Assembly: GCA_947073545.1 (NCBI GenBank)
Contig: CAMTMP010000008.1
Coordinates: forward strand, 450-64,449
DNA length: 64,000 nucleotides
DNA from: an uncultured bacterium
Lineage (GTDB): Bacteria > Bacillota > Clostridia > Lachnospirales > Lachnospiraceae
Direction of reading: 5' to 3'
How positions within the stretch are numbered: the stretch's first letter is position 1; every line of letters starts with the position of its first letter. A program made the translations under genes and the position numbers. The notes below the pieces were generated by a model, which was not told where the DNA came from, searched no databases, and saw nothing but the letters and a program-made list of their open reading frames with translations. Positions 18,179 to 26,576 of the stretch are shown here, one piece after another.

Positions 18179-19012
18179 TTAACCCTTGGTTCCCCCTCTT
18201 GCCACGCCGGACATGATCTGTTTGCGGAACAGGAGAAATAGAACCACAAGGGGCAGGGAAATCACGACCACCGCCGCCATCATGGCGGGGATATTCGCCC
18301 GCCCGAATCCGTTTTCCCGGATTTCCTGAATGCCGTTGGAGACCAGATAGTAATCCGCGTCGTCGGTGATCAGCCTTGGCCATACATAGGCATTCCAGCA
18401 CTCAATGATTTTTAAGATCGTGATAGTGACAAGCGTTGGTCTGCATATGGGAAGCATCACCTTTCGCAAGAACCGCAGGTCTGACGTGCCGTCCACTTTG
18501 GCTGCGTAGTAAAGCTCGTCGGGAATCTGGGCGAAGTTTTCCCGCAGCAGATAGATATAAAACACCGAAGTCACTGAGGGCAGGATCAGTCCCGTGAAAG
18601 TGTTTCGAAGCTCCAGGTTGGTGATGGTAGTAAAGTTGGTGATCACCACCAGTTCATTCGGAATCATCATCAGCGCCAGAAACAGGGTGAAGGCGATATC
18701 GCGCCCCGCAAACTGCAGTCTCGCGAAGGCGAAGGCCGCCAGCGTAATGACAACAAGCATAAGCGCTGTGGTGCCCACCGTAAACAAAAGGGTGTTAAGC
18801 AGATACCTGCCAAGCGCAACGGTGGTAAAGGCATCTGCGTAATTTTGCAGGGTGGGGGAGAGCGTAAAAAACTTCGGAATATACTCCGCATTGTAGGAGC
18901 CGTAATCCTTCACGGAGGTCAGCACCATCCAGTAGAAGGGAAACAATACAATCAGCGCCCAGAGGGTGAGAAAGGCGTAGGTGAAGATAGTGAGTAAGCG
19001 GGATTTCTTCAT
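18179..19012 (-). CDS. Carbohydrate ABC transporter permease
   Basis: EAA-type loop YYAAKVDGTSDLRFLRKVMLP and multiple TM segments. Confidence 0.9.
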   Translation of the reverse strand: MKKSRLLTIFTYAFLTLWALIVLFPFYWMVLTSVKDYGSYNAEYIPKFFTLSPTLQNYADAFTTVALGRYLLNTLLFTVGTTALMLVVITLAAFAFARLQFAGRDIAFTLFLALMMIPNELVVITNFTTITNLELRNTFTGLILPSVTSVFYIYLLRENFAQIPDELYYAAKVDGTSDLRFLRKVMLPICRPTLVTITILKIIECWNAYVWPRLITDDADYYLVSNGIQEIRENGFGRANIPAMMAAVVVISLPLVVLFLLFRKQIMSGVARGGTKG

Positions 19013-19192
19013 TGCTTCTATACTCCTTTTTACTAATACAATAAATAGCGTCTGCGAAACTCTTTTTAGAGTTACATGAATGGTGCAGTTTCAATAACGC
19101 AGAGGGAGTTTCGAAATTGCCCATTTTACATAAGTCTATTGAAGAAGAATGCGAAGCATTCTCTGGATCGGAGAGCGCAGACTTCCCATCGG

Positions 19193-20086
19193 TTAATGGT
19201 AGTGCACATGTTTCCGGCTCACCAGCAGATTGATACAGGTGATGGTCAAAACAATGGTAAATAGAATAATTGCTGCAGCCGACGCGTAGGAAGGGTAGCC
19301 GCCGCTGTCTCTGTAAAGCATGTCGTACACATAGCCTACGATGGTGTTCATACCGGCCGCGTTCAGATTGGTGCCAAACAGCGCCACCGCGTCGCTGTAT
19401 GCTTTAAACGCGCCGATAAAGCCCGTGATGATCAGATAGAAGAGCATGGGGGAAATCATGGGCAGAGTGATCTTAAAAAACATGCGGGTTCGTCCTGTGC
19501 CGTCCACCCGCGCGGCATTGTAATAAACCGGGTTGACACCCGCCAGCGCGCTTGTCAGTATCAGGATTTTAAAGGGCATTACCACCCACACCGTGTAAAA
19601 GCACAGCACGAACATTTTCGCCCAGTAGGGGCCTTCGATAAAATCCACGGAACCGCCGCCAAAGCACCGGATCAGCAGATTCACCAGACCGTCGGAGTAG
19701 GGCGTTTTTTTGAAAAGAATCATAAACACCAGACCGACTGCCAGCGTGTTTGTCACATAGGGCAGGAAAAAGACCGTCTGAAACAACTCCTGTAAGGGCT
19801 TGATGGAGCTGAGCGCCACAGAGATCAGAAGCGCAAGTCCGGTGGAGAGAGGCACGGTGATAATGACCAGAATAAAGGTGTTCTTTAACGCCTGCAGAAA
19901 ATAGGCGTCATGCAGGACGTAGGAGTAGTTGTAGCCGCCCATACCGTAAAATGTCTGGGAGGCGGAGTTGTAACCTTCCTCAAAGGAATAGATAAATACG
20001 TCGATTAAGGGATAGATCATAAATGCGCCCAAAAACAGGAGCGCGGGCAGCAGGTAGAGCCAGCCCTTGTTGTTTTGGTTTTCCAT
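19193..20086 (-). CDS. Carbohydrate ABC transporter permease
   Basis: GWLYLLPALL and YNAARVDGTGRTRMFFKITLPM. GGAG RBS before the ATG at 20086. Confidence 0.88.
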   Translation of the reverse strand: MENQNNKGWLYLLPALLFLGAFMIYPLIDVFIYSFEEGYNSASQTFYGMGGYNYSYVLHDAYFLQALKNTFILVIITVPLSTGLALLISVALSSIKPLQELFQTVFFLPYVTNTLAVGLVFMILFKKTPYSDGLVNLLIRCFGGGSVDFIEGPYWAKMFVLCFYTVWVVMPFKILILTSALAGVNPVYYNAARVDGTGRTRMFFKITLPMISPMLFYLIITGFIGAFKAYSDAVALFGTNLNAAGMNTIVGYVYDMLYRDSGGYPSYASAAAIILFTIVLTITCINLLVSRKHVHYH

Positions 20087-20187
20087 GGGATTCTCCATTC
20101 CGGAGCATTTGCGAAAAACAAAGAACCGCCAACCCATAAAAGCAGCGGATATCCGAATCGTCATGCTCCTTTATGTGTGGAATTTGG

Positions 20188-21297
20188 TCAGGCGGTCTCA
20201 AAGGGAATCCGCTGTCCCGTAGCCTGGTCAAAGAGAAAGACCTTGCGAGGTTTCAGCGCAAAGCGCACGGAATCGCCAGACAGGTTTTCGCAGCTTTCCG
20301 CGTCCACGATGGAGCGGATCACGGGATTTTGCGAGGCGGGGTGGATGGAGACGATGCTCACGTCACGGCCCATGACCTCCGGTCTGCTTAAGCGGCATGT
20401 AAAGGAGCCGTTTTCCGACAGGATAAAGCCTTCCGGGCGTATGCCTACATGCACCGGCCGGTCAGGCACGTTTTTCAATGTAAGAACCGTTTCTTCCCCG
20501 ATCAGAAGGCAGCCGTTTTCCACCTTTCCCTCAAAGAGGTTGATGGGCGGCGTCCCAAGGAACTTCGCGACAAACAGATTGGCAGGATTGTCGTACACCT
20601 CCTGCGGTTTTCCGATCTGCTGTACCAGCCCGTCTTTCATCACCACAATGAGATCGGAGATGCTCATCGCTTCGTCCTGATCGTGGGTCACAAAGATCGT
20701 GGTGATAGCCGTCTTTTTCTGGATGCGGCGGATCTCCTCGCGGGTCTGAAGCCTGAGTCTGGCGTCCAGATTGGAGAGGGGTTCGTCCAAAAGAAGAACC
20801 CTGGGAAGCTTGACCAGAGCCCTTGCGATAGATACGCGCTGCTGCTGACCGCCGGACAGTTCCGCGGGCTTGCGGTCCAGAAGATCTCCGATCTGCACAA
20901 GCCCCGCGGCTTCTTCCACCCGGGCGCGCATTTCATCTTTGGAAAGTTTGTCATTGCCTTTCAGGTTTTCCAGCGGAAAGCGGATGTTCTGCTCCACATT
21001 TAAGTGTGGATAGAGCGCATAGTTCTGGAATACCATACCCACGCCCCGCTTCTGCGGGGTGAGAGACGTGACGTCCTCCCCGTCGAAAAAGATCTGCCCC
21101 TCCGTCGGTTTTTGCAGACCGCAGATCAGATTCAGCGTCGTGCTTTTCCCGCAGCCGGAGGGACCGAGGAGTCCCACCAGTGTGCCGTCGGGTATTTCAA
21201 AGGTAAAATCATTTACGGCGGTGACATCTTCTTTCTTTTTATTACCCCTGCCCCTGCCGGGGAATTTCTTTGTCAGATGTGAGAGAACAATTTTCAT
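20188..21297 (-). CDS. ABC transporter ATP-binding protein (MsmX/UgpC-like)
   Basis: GPSGCGKST, FQNYALYPH, LSGGQQQRV, DEPLSNLD and C-terminal regulatory domain. Confidence 0.92.
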   Translation of the reverse strand: MKIVLSHLTKKFPGRGRGNKKKEDVTAVNDFTFEIPDGTLVGLLGPSGCGKSTTLNLICGLQKPTEGQIFFDGEDVTSLTPQKRGVGMVFQNYALYPHLNVEQNIRFPLENLKGNDKLSKDEMRARVEEAAGLVQIGDLLDRKPAELSGGQQQRVSIARALVKLPRVLLLDEPLSNLDARLRLQTREEIRRIQKKTAITTIFVTHDQDEAMSISDLIVVMKDGLVQQIGKPQEVYDNPANLFVAKFLGTPPINLFEGKVENGCLLIGEETVLTLKNVPDRPVHVGIRPEGFILSENGSFTCRLSRPEVMGRDVSIVSIHPASQNPVIRSIVDAESCENLSGDSVRFALKPRKVFLFDQATGQRIPFETA

Positions 21298-21366
21298 ATG
21301 TTTGCAGTCCTTTCCGACAATGAGTAGTTTCTGTGTAAGCGCAGGCTTTTTATGTCCGCGGTATAT

Positions 21367-21407
21367 TTGTCATAATGATTATAGAAGATTCCGGCAGGAT
21401 GTACAAG
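21367..21407 (-). promoter_or_regulatory. Promoter of the ABC operon; direct-repeat copy 1
   Basis: Minus strand TTGTAC (21406-21401), 17 bp spacer, TATAAT (21383-21378). Bases 21367-21390 are identical to 22196-22219. Confidence 0.7.
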
Positions 21408-21421
21408 ATTAATTCGAAATG

Positions 21422-22171
21422 TTAGATTCCGTATTCTTCCTTTAAGTCGGCAGATATATGATCCAAGTCCGGATAGACAAAGCTCTCCGTGATACCGAGT
21501 ACCCGGAGACTTTCTATAAAGTATTGCTTCCTCTCACAGGGAATGATGATTTTGTAGAGCATATTTTCGTCGCAGATATCCTCCAGATGCTTTAAGGAGT
21601 TGTGTACGGTAAAGTTGGAGTGCTGGGAGTACATCCGCAGATTATTTTCCGTGGAGCTGCATGCAAGAATCCGGTTTGTCAGCTCATGGTTGTGGTGGGC
21701 GTGCTTGAAGGCGGGCAGCAGCATTTCCTGCGTGGTGTCGGCGTCGATGGGATAAATGCAGTTGCCGAAACCTTCCTGCTCGTTCAAAAGCCCTGGCGCC
21801 AGCACCCAGACGCAGCCGTCCGTATGAGACAGCTCTCTGTAAGTCTCCGTGGCGAAAAACACCGCGATCAGGGGAGACTGGCTCCAGTCCAGCATCCTGG
21901 TGGGAAGCCCGTAGTGCTGCATCAGGGAGACCCAGCCCGCATAGTTGTGTTTGGCGGGAGGATTGTCGATGATCTGTCTGGCGCGGGTGTAAAAGTCGTT
22001 GGTGATATAGCGTTCGGCCTCCAGCCGCTTTTTGCTGCGCTGTATGGAGGGAATCAACGTGAGGGAGGCGTTTTCTTCCCCGCGGTACCAGAGCCGAACG
22101 CCGTGTTTTTGAAATAAACTGTTCACGAACTGTAACAGTTCGTCGATGGTACGTATTTCCTGTGTAATCAT
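21422..22171 (-). CDS. FRG domain-containing protein
   Basis: LWYRGE, MQHYGLPTRMLDWSQSPLIAVFFA, N.RMYSQHSNFT and LGITESFVYPDLD. GGAGG RBS. Confidence 0.9.
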   Translation of the reverse strand: MITQEIRTIDELLQFVNSLFQKHGVRLWYRGEENASLTLIPSIQRSKKRLEAERYITNDFYTRARQIIDNPPAKHNYAGWVSLMQHYGLPTRMLDWSQSPLIAVFFATETYRELSHTDGCVWVLAPGLLNEQEGFGNCIYPIDADTTQEMLLPAFKHAHHNHELTNRILACSSTENNLRMYSQHSNFTVHNSLKHLEDICDENMLYKIIIPCERKQYFIESLRVLGITESFVYPDLDHISADLKEEYGI

Positions 22172-22195
22172 AATTCCTCCGCTTGAAAGCCCTTA

Positions 22196-22236
22196 TTGTC
22201 ATAATGATTATAGAAGATTTTGGAAGGCTTCACAAG
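22196..22236 (-). promoter_or_regulatory. Promoter of the FRG gene; direct-repeat copy 2
   Basis: Minus strand TTGTGA (22235-22230), 17 bp spacer, TATAAT (22212-22207). 35 of 41 positions match 21367-21407. Confidence 0.7.
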
Positions 22237-22375
22237 GGGTAATCGGAGAGGGTTGTGTGCGGTAAAACGGGATTTTTGCGGATGTGGCTATGAAAATTTG
22301 AGAAATGATGGTAAGATCTATTAAAAATAGAAGAGAAAATTTAGTAGAAAGCGATATGGAGAAAGAAGGAACTTT

Positions 22376-23500
22376 ATGGAAAAGAACACAAAACAGAATT
22401 TACTGATCGTGATCGTGGGGGTAGGACTGTTCGCGGCGCTGATGAATCTTCGCGCAGTTATCCTCTTTCTGGAAAAAGGCATAGGGATCATCCTGCCGAT
22501 CATCGTCGGCGGCATACTGGCGCTGTTTATCAACGTGCCCATGACGGGTATCGAAAAGCAGCTCCGCAGGCTGCTGCAGAAAAGGAAAAAGCAGCCCTCC
22601 GACAAGTTTTACCGCATGTTTTCATTTCTGCTCACTTTTGTCTGTGTCGCGCTGGTGCTCACGCTCGTGTTCACCCTGCTCATACCTGAGCTTGTAAATT
22701 CCGCGAAAGGGCTTTATCTGCAAATAGAAGCGCGTCTGCCGGAGTGGATTGCATGGCTGGAGAGTCTTGACCCGGAGGCGGCATGGCTGGAGGAGATACT
22801 TACAGACATCAATCTGGAAAAGATGATGCAGAACATCGGAAGCGGTGCCAATTTCTTTTTGGAGAGTGTGGTGAGTACGGTATCCTCTGCCGCGAGTATT
22901 TTGATAACGGCGGCTTTCGGTCTGATTATCAGTATTTATCTGGTGCTTGGCAAAGAACAGATAGGCGGACACGCCAGAAAGCTGTTATATGCTTATTTGA
23001 AGCCTGCATGGGCGGAAAATGTCCTTCATATCAGCCGGACATTCAGCAGATGCTTTGCCAATTTCCTGTCGGGGCAGTGCGCGGAAGCGGTAATTCTCGG
23101 GATATTGATGTTTGCCGCATTCACGATTTTTAGACTGCCGTATGGAAGTCTGGTCGGCGTTTTGACGGCGGTCTGCGCGATTATTCCGTATGTTGGAGCT
23201 TTTATGTCCGGTGCGGTCAGCGTGGTGCTTGCCCTGCTGATCAGCCCTGCGCTGGCGGTTCGCTGTCTGATTGTTTATCTGGTTGTCCAGTTCGTGGAAA
23301 ATCAGTTTATTTATCCGAGAGTCGTAGGCGGTTCGGTAGGACTTCCGCCGCTTTATACGCTTGTCGCGGCGATGATCGGCGGAAACCTTTTTGGGATTAT
23401 GGGAATTATATTCTTTATTCCTATTATGGCGGTGGTGATTGAACTGGTGAAAGAGGATGCGGGAAAGCGCCTTAAACGAGATGGCGTAGATTTCAGTTGA
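22376..23500 (+). CDS. AI-2E (PerM) family transporter
   Basis: IIPYVGAF, VQFVENQFIYPRVVGGSVGLPP and FGIMGIIFFIP motifs. Confidence 0.9.
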   Translation: MEKNTKQNLLIVIVGVGLFAALMNLRAVILFLEKGIGIILPIIVGGILALFINVPMTGIEKQLRRLLQKRKKQPSDKFYRMFSFLLTFVCVALVLTLVFTLLIPELVNSAKGLYLQIEARLPEWIAWLESLDPEAAWLEEILTDINLEKMMQNIGSGANFFLESVVSTVSSAASILITAAFGLIISIYLVLGKEQIGGHARKLLYAYLKPAWAENVLHISRTFSRCFANFLSGQCAEAVILGILMFAAFTIFRLPYGSLVGVLTAVCAIIPYVGAFMSGAVSVVLALLISPALAVRCLIVYLVVQFVENQFIYPRVVGGSVGLPPLYTLVAAMIGGNLFGIMGIIFFIPIMAVVIELVKEDAGKRLKRDGVDFS

Positions 23501-25247
23501 TCTTTGGCAGTGCATATTTTTCGCAGTAAAAGGCATACTGCTTTTTGTAATAAGGGCTTTCCTCCTTCATTACGGAAAGGGAATGGTGCAGATTCATGCT
23601 GTTTTCTGCGGCATCCATGATACAGATGGCGATGTTGGAACAGTGGTCTGCCGCTCTTTCCAGATTGGTGAGAAGATCCAGCCAGATAAAGCCTGACTCG
23701 ATGGAGCATACGCCCTTTTTTAGGCGGCTTACATGCGCGTTTCTCATGTTCTCCTTCAAATCGTCGATGACCTGTTCCAACGGTTCTATATTTCTTGACA
23801 ATTCCAGATCGTTTTGTACAAACGCGGTGCAGGAGAGCGTCATAATCTCTGATACGGCGCTGCAGAGCACTCCCAGTTCTTTTAAGGCTTCAGGAGTGAA
23901 CTGCAGTTTTTTGTCTTTTAATTCCTCGGCGGATTTTAAAACATTGATGCTGTGATCGGAAATCCGTTCCAGATCCCCGATCACTTTTAACATCATAGAG
24001 ACGATTCCGCTGTCGGCGTCGCTCATTTGATAATTGCTCAGTTTTACAAGATAGGTGCCTAAAATATCTTCATAGTGATCGCATTTTTCTTCCGCTTCCT
24101 GCACTTTTTTTGCGGTCTGCTTGTCATAGCGGGTTAGAAGCTTCATCCCGCTTTTCAAAGATGTGGTGGAGATTTCCGCCATTTCCCGCACCAGTGCATA
24201 GCATCGATCCAGAGCGATATGGGGCGCGGCAAGGAGACGCTCGTCAAGCTCCGTGGCTGTTTCTTCCGTTTCGCCGTCAGGGACAAGTCGCACAGCCAGT
24301 TTTTCCAGAAGGGCGGAAGTCGGGAGGAGCAGGACGGTGCACAAAATATTAAAGGCGGAGTGAGTGAGCGCGATGCCGAACAGGGAAGCAGGTTCATGAA
24401 GCAGCGCGGGTTTGATAATCAGGGAAACGGGAAGAAAGGGAAGGAGCAGGATCAGGGTTCCCAGTATATTAAAGGCCAGATGGACGATCGCCGCCCGTCT
24501 GGCATTCTTTGTCGTGCCGAAGGAGGAGAGGAGAGCGGTTGCGCAGGTGCCGATATTTTGTCCCATGATGATTGGCATGGCCGCGCCGTAGGAGACCTGT
24601 CCCGTGGAGGCAAGCGCCTGCAGAATACCCACGGAGGCGGAGCTGGACTGGATCACCGCCGTGAGCACGGCGCCCACGATGATACCGAGAATGGGATTTT
24701 GAAAGAAAATAAACATCTGCCGGAAAGCCGGGACATCGGCAAGGCCCGAAACGGAGCCGGACATGGTGTCCATGCCGAACATCAGGGTGGCAAAGCCCAG
24801 CAGAATGGTGCCGGAATCCTTTTTTTTGCTGGTTTTTCCAAACATGAAAAGAAGGATGCCGATCGTTGCCAGAATAGGTGTGAAGGAGGTGGGTTTGAGC
24901 ATCTTGATAAAGAGATTGCCGCTGGAAATGCCGCTTAAGCTCAAAAGCCACGCGGTGACGGTGGTGCCCACGTTTGCCCCCATTATTACATGGATGGCCT
25001 GCTTTAAGGTCATGACGCCGGAGTTGACAAAGCCCACCACCATGACCGTGGCGGCGGAGGAACTTTGGATCACGGCGGTGACGACCAGACCTGTCAGAAA
25101 ACCGGCGGTTTTATTCTGGGTCAGTCTGGCGAGAAGCAGTTTCAGACTCCCTTCCGCGCGCCGCTCCAATGCTTCACTCATCACGCTCATGCCGAACAGA
25201 AAGAGGCTTAAGCCCCCGGACAATGCCAAAATATCAAAAATATCCAT
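23493..25247 (-). CDS. Na/Pi cotransporter family protein with PhoU-like C-terminal domains
   Basis: Duplicated TAVIQSSSA motifs, GANVGTT/GQNIGTC, and DLERISDHSINV and LERAADHCSNIA PhoU repeats. Confidence 0.92.
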   Translation of the reverse strand: MDIFDILALSGGLSLFLFGMSVMSEALERRAEGSLKLLLARLTQNKTAGFLTGLVVTAVIQSSSAATVMVVGFVNSGVMTLKQAIHVIMGANVGTTVTAWLLSLSGISSGNLFIKMLKPTSFTPILATIGILLFMFGKTSKKKDSGTILLGFATLMFGMDTMSGSVSGLADVPAFRQMFIFFQNPILGIIVGAVLTAVIQSSSASVGILQALASTGQVSYGAAMPIIMGQNIGTCATALLSSFGTTKNARRAAIVHLAFNILGTLILLLPFLPVSLIIKPALLHEPASLFGIALTHSAFNILCTVLLLPTSALLEKLAVRLVPDGETEETATELDERLLAAPHIALDRCYALVREMAEISTTSLKSGMKLLTRYDKQTAKKVQEAEEKCDHYEDILGTYLVKLSNYQMSDADSGIVSMMLKVIGDLERISDHSINVLKSAEELKDKKLQFTPEALKELGVLCSAVSEIMTLSCTAFVQNDLELSRNIEPLEQVIDDLKENMRNAHVSRLKKGVCSIESGFIWLDLLTNLERAADHCSNIAICIMDAAENSMNLHHSLSVMKEESPYYKKQYAFYCEKYALPKIN

Positions 25248-25262
25248 GATTGTTATGCCCTC

Positions 25263-25349
25263 CTACAAATTAAGTATAGGCATTCCTTCGGCGTGGCAAA
25301 CGGCATTTTCCAGAATATTTATCAAAACCTGTCCGATCAGAGGCGCGTC
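25263..25349 (-). pseudogene. Histidine kinase (KdpD-like) N-box remnant
   Basis: DAPLIGQVLINILENAVCHAEG matches a HATPase N-box pattern, but the rest of the kinase is absent. Confidence 0.4.
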
Positions 25350-25727
25350 CGTATGTCCGGTCTCGTGATTGAAAGCAGATTTTCCGTTAGGGAGGGTTAT
25401 GCGGTATCTTCCGGCGATACTGATCAGCCGGTCGGAGAAAATGGTGTGCTTCTCCAGCACGTTGGCGAAAAAAAGGATTGTAAAAATGGGAGGTATTACA
25501 TTATAATTTAGAAAAACAGAAGGAAAACAGGTATTCCGGACGAAAAACCCGGTGCCGATGCTCGCAAGATTGGACGAACTGAGAGCGTATCCCTTTTATT
25601 TTCAGTTTACGCTCACAGATTACGAAAGTGATCTGGAAAAGAATATACCGTCTAAAACAGATGCGGTTGTTTGTGTGATAATTTTATGTAGGCGGAGAGC
25701 TTAAACCGGCAGGGAGGGAGAAACAGG

Positions 25728-26516
25728 ATGAGATACCAGAACGAATGGCTTTTGCTGGAAGCGGACGATATAGTCGACGAGATGGAACACCGTCAGCCGA
25801 CGGAAGAATTTTTGTTTTATGAGGCGGTGATGAGCGGCGATGTGGAAACAGTCAGGAAAAACTGTGAGCAGGAGCGTTTTTTGGACAGTGAGGGCGTCGG
25901 TGTGCTGTCGCAGGATCCGATCACAAACTTGAAATATCATTTCGTGATTACCACTGCCATGATAACGCGGCTTTGCAGACAGCGGGGAATGGAGCTGGAA
26001 CAGGCTTTTCGGATGAGCGATTTCTATATTCGGAGTCTGGATCACATTCATACCATGCAGGAGATAAGGCATCTGCATGACGAGATGGTATTGGACTACG
26101 CGGAGAAGATGCGCAGGATCTGCCGCAGCGACACAGGCTCCCGCCACATCAATGTGTGTAAGGAATATATTTATACGCATATCAAAGAGAGAATCACCAT
26201 TGAAGAAATTGCGGAGCAGCTTGGCGTGTCGGCCAGCTATCTCTCTCGCCTGTTTAAAAAGGAGACGGGAGATTCCGTCAGCGCCTACATCCGGGCGCAG
26301 AAGATTGAGATGGCCAAAAATATGCTCCGCTACAGTGATTATGCGCTGAGCGATATAGCAAATCGTCTCTCGTTCTCGTCCCAGAGTCATTTTATCCAGC
26401 AGTTCCGGGAACAGACCGGAATGACGCCGAAAAAGTACCGGAATATGAACCATATGGTTCACTGGGATATCGGAGCCGGAGAAAATGCCGGTGGCGGGGA
26501 CAAATCGGATATGTAA
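25728..26516 (+). CDS. AraC family transcriptional regulator
   Basis: VSASYLSRLFKKETG, YIRAQKIEMAKNML and FSSQSHFIQQFREQTGMTPKKYR. Confidence 0.92.
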   Translation: MRYQNEWLLLEADDIVDEMEHRQPTEEFLFYEAVMSGDVETVRKNCEQERFLDSEGVGVLSQDPITNLKYHFVITTAMITRLCRQRGMELEQAFRMSDFYIRSLDHIHTMQEIRHLHDEMVLDYAEKMRRICRSDTGSRHINVCKEYIYTHIKERITIEEIAEQLGVSASYLSRLFKKETGDSVSAYIRAQKIEMAKNMLRYSDYALSDIANRLSFSSQSHFIQQFREQTGMTPKKYRNMNHMVHWDIGAGENAGGGDKSDM

Positions 26517-26519
26517 TAG

Positions 26520-26558
26520 AACAGGACACAGCAATCTTTATGGCCGCTGTGTCCTGTT
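26520..26558. terminator. 13-bp inverted repeat between convergent AraC and GH94 genes
   Basis: aacaggacacagc / gctgtgtcctgtt. Confidence 0.7.
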
Positions 26559-26576
26559 CCGGTTATAAAACAGTAT

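Noticed and set aside
18096-18401. N-terminal extension of the 643-aa binding-protein ORF
   Set aside because: It overlaps the permease 3' end, and the lipoprotein signal places the start near 18095/18074.
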